Below, piece by piece: positions 20,323 to 31,356 of a stretch of DNA of 64,000 nt. Source of the stretch: Candidatus Omnitrophota bacterium (GTDB lineage Bacteria; Omnitrophota; Gorgyraeia; Zapsychrales; JBAZNR01). Numbering within the stretch: position 1 is the stretch's first letter; each line of letters starts with the position of its first letter. Under the pieces are notes generated by a model that saw only the letters and a program-made list of their open reading frames with translations, made no database searches and was not told the DNA's origin. A program made the position numbers and the translations under genes. The stretch covers positions 655,497-719,496 of the forward strand of contig JBAZNR010000001.1 in NCBI GenBank assembly GCA_041649175.1. Direction: 5' to 3'.

Positions 20323-20964
20323 ATGACCTACCTGTTTTTAGGGGAGGATACCGCTGCTAAAGATGTTAAGCTCCGCGAAATAAAGCAAAAAGCTTTCCCT
20401 AATTCTGATGCCCTGCAGTTTGACTTCGAAGTTTTACACGCCTATAAATTAGAACCTGAAATTCTCAAAAAAAGTTTAATGGCCTTGCCGGCTGTTGCGC
20501 CTCAAAGACTGGTGATGATCCGGGAAGGCCAGAAACTAACGGCCCATCATAAGGAAATTCTTCTAGAATTTATTCAAGGCTCTAGCCAGCATTGCATTTT
20601 GGTCATTGATGTGGAGACCTCCAAGGAAGAGGACGCGTTCGTTAAGAAGATCTCAACAACCGCTCAGGTTATTCGTTTTCAACAACAGGTTTCCTCCAAT
20701 GCTTTTGATCTGGCGCGGGCTGTGACTAGCGGGCAAACAACACAAGCTTTAGAAATTCTTTCGCAGATCTTGACAAGCGGAGATCACCCACTGCAGATCA
20801 TGGGCGCCTTGGTATGGCAGTGGCAAAAATCACGACGGCAAATTCCCACGGAAAGATTTAAAAAAGGCCTCTTAGCGTTGCAAGAGGCCGATTTTAATAT
20901 TAAGCGCAGTCGCTTAAAAGCGGAACATGCGATGGAAATATTGATCGTTAAGCTATCGACTTAA
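20323..20964 (+). CDS. holA: DNA polymerase III subunit delta (short form)
   Basis: 213 aa, delta-subunit-like helical pattern. Immediately downstream of lptE, as in the proteobacterial rlpB-holA arrangement. Confidence 0.55.
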   Translation: MTYLFLGEDTAAKDVKLREIKQKAFPNSDALQFDFEVLHAYKLEPEILKKSLMALPAVAPQRLVMIREGQKLTAHHKEILLEFIQGSSQHCILVIDVETSKEEDAFVKKISTTAQVIRFQQQVSSNAFDLARAVTSGQTTQALEILSQILTSGDHPLQIMGALVWQWQKSRRQIPTERFKKGLLALQEADFNIKRSRLKAEHAMEILIVKLST

Positions 20965-21229
20965 GAAGCTGGCTGAAATGAGATTTACGACGGGCAGCGG
21001 TATTTTTATGGAGGAGATTACGTTTCGCGGCCTTATCGATCTTTTTGAAAACAACTTTTAAGGCAGCTTTGGCTTCTTCGAGCTTTTTCTCGCTGACTAA
21101 AGCCTGAAATTTCTTCAAAGTTTTCTTAAGTTCGGTTTTTATCGTTAAGTTACGCGTATGTCTTTTTTTGTTGATGCGTAAGGCTTTAACACCTGATCTA
21201 CGTTGTGGCAAGAGAACCGCTCCTTTCAA
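20948..21229 (-). CDS. rpsT: 30S ribosomal protein S20
   Basis: C-terminal LHKNTAARRKSHFSQLLKSIA matches the S20 consensus (IHKNKAARHKS). The true start may be a downstream non-ATG codon. Confidence 0.75.
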   Translation of the reverse strand: MKGAVLLPQRRSGVKALRINKKRHTRNLTIKTELKKTLKKFQALVSEKKLEEAKAALKVVFKKIDKAAKRNLLHKNTAARRKSHFSQLLKSIA

Positions 21230-21268
21230 TTTTTAAGTTGCGGGTCAATATAGCAAAGACAAATTGTT

Positions 21269-22840
21269 ATGTCAACTAATAAATATATGCCGTCTGATTC
21301 TAACCGCGGGATCATCAAATCCACATCCATTATTTCTTTGGGGACGCTTTTTTCTCGTCTTTTAGGATTTATCCGGGATATTATCTTAGCGAAGCTATTC
21401 GGGACCGGGCAAAGCGCCGATGCTTTCTTTGTGGCGTTTAGGATCCCCAATATGTTTCGCGATGTTTTAGGGGAAGGGGCTACTAATTCTACGGTCGTTC
21501 CTGTTTTTGCCGAATATGTTGTTCAAAAAGATAAGGTTCGGATATGGAATTTCTTCAGCGTTATCCTCACTTTACTGCTTATGGTGCTTAGTGTTGTAAC
21601 GATCTTAGGGATTGTTTTTTCTCCTTGGATCGTACGGGTGATCGCTCCCGGATTTGGCGCTCAGACGCCGAAATTATTACTAACGATCCAGCTAACACAG
21701 CTTATGTTCCCGTATCTTGTGTTTATCGGGCTGACGGCGTATTTTATGGGGATCCTTTTTACGCTAAGGTCTTTTGCTTCATCGGCTTTTGGCCCGTGTT
21801 TACTAAATATTGCCATGATTGTTAGCGCCTTGATCGCGTCGCGCACGATGGCAGAACCGGTTTTTGGTTTGGCGATCGGAGTTCTTGTCGGAGGCGTTCT
21901 GCAGTTATTGGTTCAGGTCAGATCACTATCGAAAAATGATATCCGTTTTCAGAAACCAAAAACATTAGCGCATCCCGGAGCTCAAAAAGTTGGCCGGCTT
22001 CTTTTTCCGCGCTTATTAGGGACGGCTGTTTATCAACTCAATGTTTTTGTGGATACGTTTTGTGCTTCCTTATCGTCGATAGTAGGATTAGGAGGTGTTT
22101 CGGCTCTTTATTATGCGACGCGAATTATCCAATTTCCCTTGGGAGTGGTAAGTGTTGCTTTGGCCTCGGCTATTTTGCCGGTGATGGCAGGGTTTGCCAG
22201 CCAACAGAATATGGATGACTTCAAGCGAACACTGGTTTTCTCTTTGAAGAATATCTTTCTGGTCATGGTACCGACCAGTGTTTTCTTGGTTTTGTTCTCG
22301 ATCCCGATTATTAAAATCCTTTTTGAACGCGGAGAATTTGGCCAATATTCGACGGCCATTACTTCTTCGGCGCTTTTGTTTTCCGCGATCGGCTTAGTAA
22401 GTTTTGCCGGAGCCCGCATTATGGTAACGGCCTTTCATTCTCTGCAGGATACAAAAACTCCGGTTAAAGTAGCCGGGATATGCCTGATGGTCAATCTCGT
22501 TTTGAATTTTGCTTTGATGCATCCGCTAAAGATCGGCGGCATCGCTTTGGCAAGTTCCATATCGGGGACGATCAATTTTCTAGCGCTATTTTCGATCATG
22601 GATAAAAGGATCAAAGGCCTCAGCGAACAGCTGGGAGAATATCTGTTAAGAATTATTCTCATTTCGGTAGTGATGGGCTTGGCGGCCGTTCTCATCTGGC
22701 CTTGGCTTATCGTTTTTGATCTGACAACGCGTTTTGTGATGATCGGCATCCTTTCTTTTATCATCTTCGCGGCCATGAGCCTCGCGCTAAGAATAGAACA
22801 AGTGGTCACCATATTCCGATGGATCTTAAATCAAAAATAG
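21269..22840 (+). CDS. murJ: lipid II flippase MurJ
   Basis: 523 aa polytopic protein. N-terminus SLGTLFSRLLGFIRDIILAKLFGTG is typical of MurJ/MviN. Confidence 0.9.
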   Translation: MSTNKYMPSDSNRGIIKSTSIISLGTLFSRLLGFIRDIILAKLFGTGQSADAFFVAFRIPNMFRDVLGEGATNSTVVPVFAEYVVQKDKVRIWNFFSVILTLLLMVLSVVTILGIVFSPWIVRVIAPGFGAQTPKLLLTIQLTQLMFPYLVFIGLTAYFMGILFTLRSFASSAFGPCLLNIAMIVSALIASRTMAEPVFGLAIGVLVGGVLQLLVQVRSLSKNDIRFQKPKTLAHPGAQKVGRLLFPRLLGTAVYQLNVFVDTFCASLSSIVGLGGVSALYYATRIIQFPLGVVSVALASAILPVMAGFASQQNMDDFKRTLVFSLKNIFLVMVPTSVFLVLFSIPIIKILFERGEFGQYSTAITSSALLFSAIGLVSFAGARIMVTAFHSLQDTKTPVKVAGICLMVNLVLNFALMHPLKIGGIALASSISGTINFLALFSIMDKRIKGLSEQLGEYLLRIILISVVMGLAAVLIWPWLIVFDLTTRFVMIGILSFIIFAAMSLALRIEQVVTIFRWILNQK

Positions 22841-24090
22841 ACAAACTTCCCTTAACAAGCGGAGTTTATTTGATGAAGGGAGCCGACAACGCTGTTATTT
22901 ATGTCGGAAAGGCTGTTTCTCTGCGTAAGCGCGTCCAATCGTATTTTCATTTATCCAAAAAGGAATTGTCTAAAACGAGCCGATTAGTAAAAGAAATTTG
23001 CGATATCGACTATTTGCCTACGGCCAGCGAAGCGGAAGCCCTTATTTTAGAAGCAAGCCTCATCAAAGAGTATCAGCCAAAGTACAATGTGGATCTGCGT
23101 GATGATAAGAGCTATCCCTTTATTGAGATCACAAAAGAAAAATTTCCTAAAATATCCGTTGTTCGCCCGAATACCAAGAAAAAAGCTTTAGAAAGTTTTG
23201 GCCCCCGAAAACCGGGTCGTTATTTTGGCCCGTACGTGGATGCGAGTTTGATCCGTCAGGCCTTAACGATCATCCGCAGGATCTTTCATTTTCGCACCTG
23301 TGAACCTTTTCCCAAAAAAGCATGCCTGGATTACCATATCGGGCTTTGCGATGCTCCGTGTATCAAGAATATCAGCGAGCAAGATTATGCGAAAAATATC
23401 CATAAGGTTTCTCTTGTTTTAGAAGGAAAGAAAGATGAATTATCCCGCCAGCTGCGCGCGGAGATGGAGGCGTTAGCGAAAGAAAAAGAATTTGAAGCGG
23501 CGGCGGTTGTGCGCGACCAGATCCGTTCCATTGGCGCGCTTTATTCGGGGACTAAAGACGTTAATTATTATAAGGAAATTGATCAGCTTCAGCGGGTACT
23601 TCAGTTGTCACGACGGCCGGAACGTATTGAGGCGTTTGATATTTCTAATACCATGGGGCGTCAAGCCGTCGGCAGCATGGTGTCGTTTCTAGACGGAAAA
23701 CCAGACAAGAGGAACTATCGGCGTTTTAAGATCCGCGAGGTCAAAGGCATTGATGATTTTAAAATGATAGCCGAGATCGTCCGTCGACGGTATCGTCGGT
23801 TAAAAGAAGAACGGCTTAAATTTCCGGATCTCATTTTGATCGATGGGGGAAAAGGTCAGCTTTTTGCCGCTCTAGAAGAGTTGCATAAGTTGAGTATCAA
23901 TATTCCGCTTGCATCCATCGCCAAGCGCGAAGAAGAACTTTTTCTTCCGGGGAAAAGAGAATCTATTAAGCTTCCCAAAGATTCTTTGGCACTTCAACTC
24001 ATACAACGCATCCGCGATGAAGCTCATCGCTTTGCGATCAATTATCATCGCCTGTTGCGGGCGAGAAAGGCGTTAAATGAAGAACGCTAA
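22819..24090 (+). CDS. uvrC: excinuclease ABC subunit C, short form lacking the C-terminal (HhH)2
   Basis: GIY-YIG (GVYLMKG...IYVGKA). Cys cluster FHFRTCEPFPKKACLDYHIGLCDAPC. UVR domain. RNase H-like endonuclease domain. Ends at 423 aa without the HhH pair. Confidence 0.8.
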   Translation: MDLKSKIDKLPLTSGVYLMKGADNAVIYVGKAVSLRKRVQSYFHLSKKELSKTSRLVKEICDIDYLPTASEAEALILEASLIKEYQPKYNVDLRDDKSYPFIEITKEKFPKISVVRPNTKKKALESFGPRKPGRYFGPYVDASLIRQALTIIRRIFHFRTCEPFPKKACLDYHIGLCDAPCIKNISEQDYAKNIHKVSLVLEGKKDELSRQLRAEMEALAKEKEFEAAAVVRDQIRSIGALYSGTKDVNYYKEIDQLQRVLQLSRRPERIEAFDISNTMGRQAVGSMVSFLDGKPDKRNYRRFKIREVKGIDDFKMIAEIVRRRYRRLKEERLKFPDLILIDGGKGQLFAALEELHKLSINIPLASIAKREEELFLPGKRESIKLPKDSLALQLIQRIRDEAHRFAINYHRLLRARKALNEER

Positions 24091-24367
24091 ATTAACAAAG
24101 TTTGAGTGGGCTGTTTTGAAAGCCACCACCCAAATTCCTATTGGCCAAACACGTTCTTACGCTTGGGTGGCAAAGAAAATCGGCAAGCCTAAAGCCATGC
24201 GCGCCGTCGGGCAAGCCCTCAATAAGAATCCTTTTCCGCTCATTATTCCTTGTCATCGGGTTATTCGAAAGAATGGTTTGACCGGCGGTTTCGCGAAGGG
24301 AAGTGCTACGAAAGTAGATCTTTTGAATATGGAAAAAAATATCGTGAAGGCTTTTTCATCAAAATAG
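24077..24367 (+). CDS. MGMT-family DNA-binding protein (O6-alkylguanine-DNA alkyltransferase C-terminal domain-like)
   Basis: 96 aa containing the IPCHRVI active-site motif (PCHRV). Confidence 0.75.
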   Translation: MKNAKLTKFEWAVLKATTQIPIGQTRSYAWVAKKIGKPKAMRAVGQALNKNPFPLIIPCHRVIRKNGLTGGFAKGSATKVDLLNMEKNIVKAFSSK

Positions 24368-24376
24368 TAAAAACGC

Positions 24377-24400
24377 GGGATATCCCGTGAACTTTTCTGA
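24377..24400 (+). terminator. hairpin terminator candidate after the MGMT-like gene
   Basis: Perfect palindrome ACGGGATATCCCGT followed by a T-rich AACTTTTCTG. Confidence 0.4.
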
Positions 24401-24457
24401 ATTCTGATGTAGAATAGATCAAAGTTTCAATCTCTCCAAAGAAACGAAAGGTATTTT

Positions 24458-25546
24458 ATGAGACTCGATAAAGTCTTGCGAATGATGGTCGACAAGGAAG
24501 CTTCAGATCTATTTTTGCGGGTCAATGCCCCCGTGCGGGCTCGAATTCACGGGAAAATTCAAGTATTAGATGCTCAAGTTCTCTCTAAAGAAGAGATGAT
24601 GACTTTAACAGATTTCATTTTAGCCAATGATGAACGGCGGGCGACATTCGCGCGAAATTTAGATATTGATTTTATCCATCATACTCCGGATATTGGACGG
24701 TTTCGTATCAATGTTTTTACGCAGCGCGGAACGCCTTCTATTGTGGCGCGTTATGTTACGGATAAAGTACAATCCTTTGAAGACTTGAATTTGCCTGTTG
24801 AACTGTGCCGGCAATTCTGTAATGAACCTCGCGGCTTGATCTTGGTTTGCGGTCCGGCGGGAAGCGGAAAATCAACGGCCATTGCCAGCATGATCGAAAA
24901 TATCAATGCTACCGATGAACGGCATATCATTACCATCGAAGACCCGATCGAATTTCTTTTCAAAGATAAAAAAAGTACTATTAACCAAAGAGAATTAGGC
25001 ATTGATGTCCATTCCTATCCGCTGGCCCTACGTTTTATTACTCAGCAAAGCCCTGACCTTATTTTTATCGGAACGATCCGTGATACCGAAACAATGGCAG
25101 CAGCCATATCGGCGGCGGAACTTGGCGCTTTAGTGATGTCGACATTCCACACGATCAACGCCATTCAAACTATTGAACGAATTATTAATTTCTTCCCGCC
25201 TTACTTGCACGCTGAAGTCAGGATGCAACTGTCTTTGCTTTTGAAGGGGATTGTTTCTTTGCGCCTTATTCCGCGTAAAGACGGCAAGGGAAGAATTCCT
25301 GCTTATGAAACGATGGTGGTGACTCCGACGATCGCCCGTTTGATCAGAGAAGGAAATATTACACAAATCCAGTCTTTCATCGACGAAGGCCAGTTGCTTG
25401 GGATGCAGTCGTTCAAACAATCCTTGGTGCGCTTGGTGAGGGAAGGCTTTGTGGAGGAAGAAGATGCCCGCAGGCTCGCCGATAGTAAAGATGAATTTAA
25501 TCTGGAATTACGCGGAATAAAAAGGTTTTCTTCGAATAATCTTTGA
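24458..25546 (+). CDS. pilT: type IV pilus retraction ATPase PilT
   Basis: 362 aa. Walker A LILVCGPAGSGKST. PilT-type N-terminus (ASDLFLRVNAPVRARIHG). Confidence 0.85.
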   Translation: MRLDKVLRMMVDKEASDLFLRVNAPVRARIHGKIQVLDAQVLSKEEMMTLTDFILANDERRATFARNLDIDFIHHTPDIGRFRINVFTQRGTPSIVARYVTDKVQSFEDLNLPVELCRQFCNEPRGLILVCGPAGSGKSTAIASMIENINATDERHIITIEDPIEFLFKDKKSTINQRELGIDVHSYPLALRFITQQSPDLIFIGTIRDTETMAAAISAAELGALVMSTFHTINAIQTIERIINFFPPYLHAEVRMQLSLLLKGIVSLRLIPRKDGKGRIPAYETMVVTPTIARLIREGNITQIQSFIDEGQLLGMQSFKQSLVRLVREGFVEEEDARRLADSKDEFNLELRGIKRFSSNNL

Positions 25547-25562
25547 GGGAATCAGGGAAGTT

Positions 25563-25600
25563 TAAAGCGGGCCCCGACGCTATTCGTCGGGGCCCGCTTA
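25563..25600 (+). terminator. rho-independent terminator
   Basis: GCGGGCCCCGACG-ctatt-CGTCGGGGCCCGC: perfect 13-bp stem followed by a T-containing tail. Confidence 0.7.
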
Positions 25601-25677
25601 ATTAATTGTGTTTCTTTAAAGCTGTGTTATAATACCGCGTTATTTTTTCTAAGAAAGTACTCTACAGTGATATTGTT

Positions 25678-26776
25678 ATGATTGACGACATTCGAAAAAA
25701 AATAGAATCTCTGGAATCCAAGCTGTCTTACCTTCGGGGGTTTCTTTGACCTGCCGCGTAAAATAGAGACGATGTCCGCTATTCAGGCCAAGATGTCCGA
25801 ACCTGCCTTTTGGGATGACAATTCAAAAGCAAATAAATTGATGCGCGAATTAAAGGTTCTTAAATCTGAAGTTGAACCGTTCCAGGATCAGGTCAAAAAA
25901 ATAGGGGATTTAAAGGAATTTCTGGAGATCTCCAAAAATGATCAGGATTTTCTCCTTCAGATCAAATCCGACGTTGATACAATAGAAAAAGATATTAATG
26001 CGACGGAATTGCGTGCTTTTTTATCAGGAGAATTTGACCATAATAATGCTATTCTAAGCATCAATGCCGGGGCCGGCGGGACCGAATCCTGCGATTGGGC
26101 CAATATGCTTCTTCGTATGTATTTGCGCTGGGCGGATAATAAGAATTATAAAGTAAAAACTTTGGATATTTTGCCCGGGGAAGAAGCCGGCATAAAAAAC
26201 GTGACTATTTCGATAGAAGGTGAAGCGGCGTACGGATTTTTGAAAGCGGAAAAAGGCGTTCATCGTTTGGTCCGAATTTCTCCTTTTGATTCTAATAAAC
26301 GCCGTCACACCTCGTTTGCTTCTGTTGATGTTATTCCGGAGATCGAGGATGACATTGAAATTGAGATCGATACAGATGATCTGCGTATTGATATTTTCCG
26401 TTCCTCCGGGCCCGGCGGGCAAAGCGTTAATACCACCGATTCAGCGGTGCGCTTAACACATCTTCCGACGGGTGTTGTGGTCCAGTGCCAAAACGAACGC
26501 TCGCAGCTGCAGAACCGGCAAACAGCCATGAAGATCTTACGCGCGCGGCTTTATGAAATCAGACAAAAAGAAAAAGATGATAAAATGTCTGTTGAGTACG
26601 GCGAGAAACAAAAGATCGAATGGGGAAGCCAGATCCGTTCTTACGTCATGCAGCCGTATACTTTAGTTAAAGATCATCGCAGTGATGTCGAAACCGGCAA
26701 TGTCCTGAAAGTCTTAGACGGGGATATTGACTTTTTCATTGAATCCTTTTTAAAAATAAAATCAAAGAAAAGCTAA
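25678..26776 (+). CDS. prfB: peptide chain release factor 2, with programmed +1 frameshift near 25747
   Basis: ORF-0 [23 protein letters not shown] ends at the in-frame TGA within GGGGG-TTT-CTT-TGA-C (SD-like plus CUU UGA C slip site). The +1 frame continues into the 25772..26776 ORF, which carries RF2 motifs SPF and GGQ. Confidence 0.9.
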
Positions 26777-26777
26777 T

Positions 26778-29756
26778 ATGTTCGATTTTTTTATCCGTAG
26801 TTCTATCGTCAATTCCGCTCAACGGTTTATTGACCGCTTAACCCCTGAGGTTAATGTCCATATCCCTAAGGATCTGCCTTTGCCTTCCATCGGTATTATT
26901 AAAAGAATGAGCGCTGTCGTTTCTCAAGTAAATGGGTTGGAAGAAAAGGTGCGAAAATTATCCGACGAACAATTGAGACTAGCCACCGAACAATTCAAAC
27001 AAAAGATAAGAGAATCTATCAAATCTAACGAAGAAGAAGTTAAGAAAATAAATTCTCTTTATATCGCTTCTTTTTCGCAGGATGAAAAAGAATCATTAAG
27101 CTTAGATCTTAATCGCGCCAAAGAAGACCTGCGCCGTGTGAGAGAAAATACCTTGCGAGAGATTCTGCCGGAAGCCTTTGCCGTTGTCCGTGAAGCCGGG
27201 CGGCGTAAATTAAATATGCGCCATTTCGACATTCAACTTATCGGTGGTATGGTTTTACACGAGGGAAAAATTACCGAAATGGCGACCGGTGAAGGAAAAA
27301 CATTAGTAGCAACCTTAGCGGCATATCTTAATGCCTTAGCCGGAAAAGGTGTTCATGTGGTGACCGTTAACGATTATTTAGCCAAGCGCGACCGGGAATG
27401 GATGGGGCCTCTTTATGAAATGTTGGGTCTTACCGTTGGCGTCATTCAACATGATATGGACAGCCGTCAACGTCAACAAGCTTACGGTTGTGACATTACG
27501 TACGGAACGAACAATGAATTTGGTTTTGATTATCTGCGCGACAATATGGTCAATTACAAAGAAGAGATGGTCCAGCCCGGCCATCACTTCGCTATTGTTG
27601 ACGAAGTGGACAGTATTTTAGTTGATGAAGCCAGAACGCCTTTGATCATTTCCGGCCCGGCGGAAGAATCGACCGATAAATACTATCGCGCCAATGAGAT
27701 CATTCAAAAACTCAAAGGGCGCCGTGTTACCGAAAAAGAAGAAATCGACGCCAAGCACCGCGGTGAAGATCTTTCTAAGGGATTTGATTATGTGGCCGAG
27801 GAAAAAGCAAAATCAATTTCTTTGACCGAAGACGGCGAATTAAAATCAGCCAAGCTTTTTGGTGTTGCGACATTGCATGATATTGAAACGACCGAATACC
27901 GCCACCATATTTTACAGGCCTTAAGAGCCAGAGAATTTTTCCGCCTGGACGTTGATTATGTTGTGCGCGACGGAAAAGTCGTGATCGTCGATGAATTTAC
28001 CGGGCGTATGATGCCGGGACGCCGCTGGTCGGACGGCCTTCATCAAGCGGTTGAAGCGAAAGAAGGCATTAAGATCGAGCGGGAAAATCAAACATTGGCC
28101 ACCATCACGTTCCAAAATTATTTCCGTATGTATGAAAAACTTTCAGGGATGACCGGTACGGCTTATACGGAAGCCAATGAATTTAAGCAGATCTATAAAC
28201 TTGATTGTATCGTGATGCCGACCAACCGAGTTTTAAGCCGGACAAATCATCCGGATTCGATTTATAAGACCGAGCAGGAAAAATTTAATGCTGTTGTTGA
28301 GGAGATCAATACATTGCATATCAAAGGTCGTCCGGTTTTAGTCGGGACGATCTCCATTGAAAGATCCGAATATTTATCTAGCCTCTTAAAGCGCCGCGGC
28401 ATCGCGCATCAAGTTCTTAACGCGAAGTATCATGAGTTAGAAGCGCATATCGTTGCGCAAGCCGGACGCTATAAAGCGGTCACTATCGCCACCAACATGG
28501 CCGGACGCGGAACAGATATTGTTTTGGGCGGAAACGCGGAATATCTCGCCAGGAGTTTAGCCGAAGAAAAAAGCAAAGAAGCCGCAGAGCAGCCTGCTCA
28601 GGAAGATTCGTATCAAAAATTTCTTGTACAATTTAAAACACAAACCAAAGAAGAGCATGAAAAGGTCATTGTGGCCGGCGGCCTACATGTTTTAGGGACC
28701 GAGCGCCATGAATCGCGGCGCATTGATAATCAGTTGCGCGGGCGTTCCGGACGTCAGGGCGATCCGGGCTCATCAAGATTTTATGTTTCTTTGGAAGATG
28801 ATCTGATGCGCCTTTTTGGTTCTGACCGGATCATGAATATCATGAATACTTTAGGGATGGAAGAAGGCCAAGTGATCGAGCACCCCTTAGTGACGCGCGC
28901 CATTGAGATCGCTCAAAAGAGAGTGGAAACGCATAACTTTGAAATTCGTAAGCAGCTTTTGGAATATGACAATGTGATGAATAAACAGCGTGAGGTTATT
29001 TATCGCATGCGCCGTTCTATTCTCGATGGAGAAAATATCAAAGAACGTATCCTGCAGGCCATCGACGATGCCGGGTATAATTTGACACTGCAATATTTAT
29101 CCAATGAGCCGCAAGATATTGAAGGCATGATATCAGCGCTTAAATCACAATTTGGTTTTAATCTGCAAGCTTCCTTGGACGAATTATCAACAATGACCAA
29201 AGAGCAACTGACAGATTTTATCATTGAACAATTAAAAAACGCCTATCACGAGAAAGAAAAAGAAGTTGCGCCGGAACATCTGCGCGGCCTCGAGCGGATC
29301 ATTTTGCTTCAGACGATCGATTCTAAGTGGAAAGATCATCTTTACGCGATGGATCAATTAAAAGAGGGAATTCATTACCGCGCGTTTGCCCAGCGTGATC
29401 CATTGGTGGAATATCAGCGGGAAGGTTTCTTGATGTTTGAACAGATGTATGCTTCCATCAGTGAAGAAGTCGCGCAGACGATGTTTAAGGTGCAAGCCGT
29501 TGCGCCTAAAGAACAGTTCAAGGGTGTTTTTAGCTCCCTGCCGCAACAATTTGTGCATAGCGATTTTTCAAGTCTTTCGCAACAAGCCGGGCAACGTAAA
29601 GCTCAGCAGCAACCAGATCAGCCACAACCACAAGAACGCCAAAAACCTGCAGCGCCTCAAACATATCATAGAGCCGGTCCCGACGTGGGGCGTAACGATC
29701 CGTGCCCTTGCGGCAGCGGGAAAAAATATAAAAAATGTTGTGGCCGCAATTCCTAA
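26778..29756 (+). CDS. secA: preprotein translocase ATPase SecA
   Basis: 992 aa. DEAD-like motor. C-terminal zinc finger [14 protein letters not shown]. Confidence 0.95.
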   Translation: MFDFFIRSSIVNSAQRFIDRLTPEVNVHIPKDLPLPSIGIIKRMSAVVSQVNGLEEKVRKLSDEQLRLATEQFKQKIRESIKSNEEEVKKINSLYIASFSQDEKESLSLDLNRAKEDLRRVRENTLREILPEAFAVVREAGRRKLNMRHFDIQLIGGMVLHEGKITEMATGEGKTLVATLAAYLNALAGKGVHVVTVNDYLAKRDREWMGPLYEMLGLTVGVIQHDMDSRQRQQAYGCDITYGTNNEFGFDYLRDNMVNYKEEMVQPGHHFAIVDEVDSILVDEARTPLIISGPAEESTDKYYRANEIIQKLKGRRVTEKEEIDAKHRGEDLSKGFDYVAEEKAKSISLTEDGELKSAKLFGVATLHDIETTEYRHHILQALRAREFFRLDVDYVVRDGKVVIVDEFTGRMMPGRRWSDGLHQAVEAKEGIKIERENQTLATITFQNYFRMYEKLSGMTGTAYTEANEFKQIYKLDCIVMPTNRVLSRTNHPDSIYKTEQEKFNAVVEEINTLHIKGRPVLVGTISIERSEYLSSLLKRRGIAHQVLNAKYHELEAHIVAQAGRYKAVTIATNMAGRGTDIVLGGNAEYLARSLAEEKSKEAAEQPAQEDSYQKFLVQFKTQTKEEHEKVIVAGGLHVLGTERHESRRIDNQLRGRSGRQGDPGSSRFYVSLEDDLMRLFGSDRIMNIMNTLGMEEGQVIEHPLVTRAIEIAQKRVETHNFEIRKQLLEYDNVMNKQREVIYRMRRSILDGENIKERILQAIDDAGYNLTLQYLSNEPQDIEGMISALKSQFGFNLQASLDELSTMTKEQLTDFIIEQLKNAYHEKEKEVAPEHLRGLERIILLQTIDSKWKDHLYAMDQLKEGIHYRAFAQRDPLVEYQREGFLMFEQMYASISEEVAQTMFKVQAVAPKEQFKGVFSSLPQQFVHSDFSSLSQQAGQRKAQQQPDQPQPQERQKPAAPQTYHRAGPDVGRNDPCPCGSGKKYKKCCGRNS

Positions 29757-29786
29757 TATCATGACACAAAAATATCTTCGATACGC

Positions 29787-31349
29787 ATGACAAATTCACG
29801 ATCTGTATTCTCCTACGATTTTTTTAAACATCCTCTTTTTTTGTGCCTTTTAAGCGCCAGCTTTCTTGTTTTATCTTTTCCTCAATTTGATATCTGGATT
29901 TTTGCTTGGGTTGCTCTTATTCCGCTCATGGCGGCTTTAGACGGAAAAAAGATCCTCGCGTCATTTTTCTTAAGTTATTTCACGGGTGTATTATTTTTTG
30001 CCGGAACCCTTTTCTGGTTTATTCATGTGACTCTTTTAGGGATGATCTTGCTTATTTTATACTTTGCCGTTTATTTTGGATTATTTGGGCTCGGGTATTA
30101 TTTCTTCTCTAAACAAGCGGTTCTTTCCAAAATCTTTGTTTTGCCGTCGCTTTGGGTTATTTTAGAATTAGCAAGGTCGCGTTTATTAAGCGGTTTTGGC
30201 TGGGTGAGCATGGGGCATTCTCAATATAAAAATCTGCCGCTCATTCAAGTTGCCGATATCGCGGGGATGTTCGTTATTTCTTTTGTTGTGGTGATGGCTA
30301 ATGTTCTTTTCAAGGAAGTGATGACAAAAAAACTTAGCCGCGCGTATATCAAGAAAGAAATCTTAATTCCGGCTGTTTTAGTTATTTTTGTTTTAACGTC
30401 TTTTTTGGTTTACGGATCTTATCGGTTGAACCAGCCAAGAACGCCGGCGCAATTTAACATAGCGGTCATCCAGGCCAATATCGCGCAGGAGATGAAATGG
30501 AATGAGGAATTCTGGCCGGCGATCTTAAAGAAACATTTAGACTTAACGCAAGAAGCGGCTCAGCAAAAACCGGATCTGATCATCTGGCCGGAAACAGCTT
30601 TTCCGGGATTTGTGTGGGAGTCGCCGGAACTTTTCTCTAGCTTAAGAGAAGTCGTGGCGAAAAATAAGATCCCTCTTCTTTTAGGCCTGGTGATACAAAA
30701 TGACGGCGCGTATTATAATTCAGCCATCCTTATCAATAAAGACGGGAAAATCATCAAGCAGCATGACAAGTTACATCTGGTTCCCTTTGGAGAATATGTT
30801 CCCTTAAGGGATGTTTTTCCTTTTTTGGCGGATTTGGCTCCCATCGGGGATTTTACTCCGGGGATGGAATATACGCTTTTTCCTGCCATGGTCGAGGCAA
30901 AACCGAAAGATAGGTCTATCGGAGATTTTTCTGTCCTCATCTGTTTTGAAGACACTGTTCCTGAGATTTCCGCGAAATTTACGCAAGCGAAAACAAATCT
31001 TTTGATCAATATGACCAATGATGCCTGGTTTAAAGACACTAAAGCTCCGTTTTTGCATTTACAGGCGGCGGTTTTTCGTACCATTGAAAATCGTAAAAAC
31101 TTAGTGCGCGCCGCCAATACGGGAGTGAGTTGTTTTATCGATGAGTTTGGAAAAATAACGAATTATGTTCAAAATAAAAATGGCAAGAAGACTTATGTGG
31201 CCGGTTACGCCACCGGCGATGTCGCTCTTAATACGACACAAACGTTTTACACAAAACATCCAGATCTTTTTACATATTTTTGTTTTGGCGGTATACTAAT
31301 GGGGATCGCGTTAAAGAAATTAAAAATTTCAGCATGGACCAAATCTTAA
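29787..31349 (+). CDS. lnt: apolipoprotein N-acyltransferase
   Basis: 520 aa. N-terminal polytopic region plus C-terminal CN-hydrolase domain (catalytic E/K/C region LICFED). Confidence 0.85.
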   Translation: MTNSRSVFSYDFFKHPLFLCLLSASFLVLSFPQFDIWIFAWVALIPLMAALDGKKILASFFLSYFTGVLFFAGTLFWFIHVTLLGMILLILYFAVYFGLFGLGYYFFSKQAVLSKIFVLPSLWVILELARSRLLSGFGWVSMGHSQYKNLPLIQVADIAGMFVISFVVVMANVLFKEVMTKKLSRAYIKKEILIPAVLVIFVLTSFLVYGSYRLNQPRTPAQFNIAVIQANIAQEMKWNEEFWPAILKKHLDLTQEAAQQKPDLIIWPETAFPGFVWESPELFSSLREVVAKNKIPLLLGLVIQNDGAYYNSAILINKDGKIIKQHDKLHLVPFGEYVPLRDVFPFLADLAPIGDFTPGMEYTLFPAMVEAKPKDRSIGDFSVLICFEDTVPEISAKFTQAKTNLLINMTNDAWFKDTKAPFLHLQAAVFRTIENRKNLVRAANTGVSCFIDEFGKITNYVQNKNGKKTYVAGYATGDVALNTTQTFYTKHPDLFTYFCFGGILMGIALKKLKISAWTKS

Positions 31350-31356
31350 GCGGAGC

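Noticed and set aside
20323-20964. holA as a truncated pseudogene
   Set aside because: Short, but an intact ORF with conserved synteny after lptE. Kept as a short-form delta subunit at modest confidence.
29437-29790. 117-aa ORF overlapping the secA 3' end
   Set aside because: Alternative frame of the SecA C-terminus. SecA reading frame is intact through its zinc finger.
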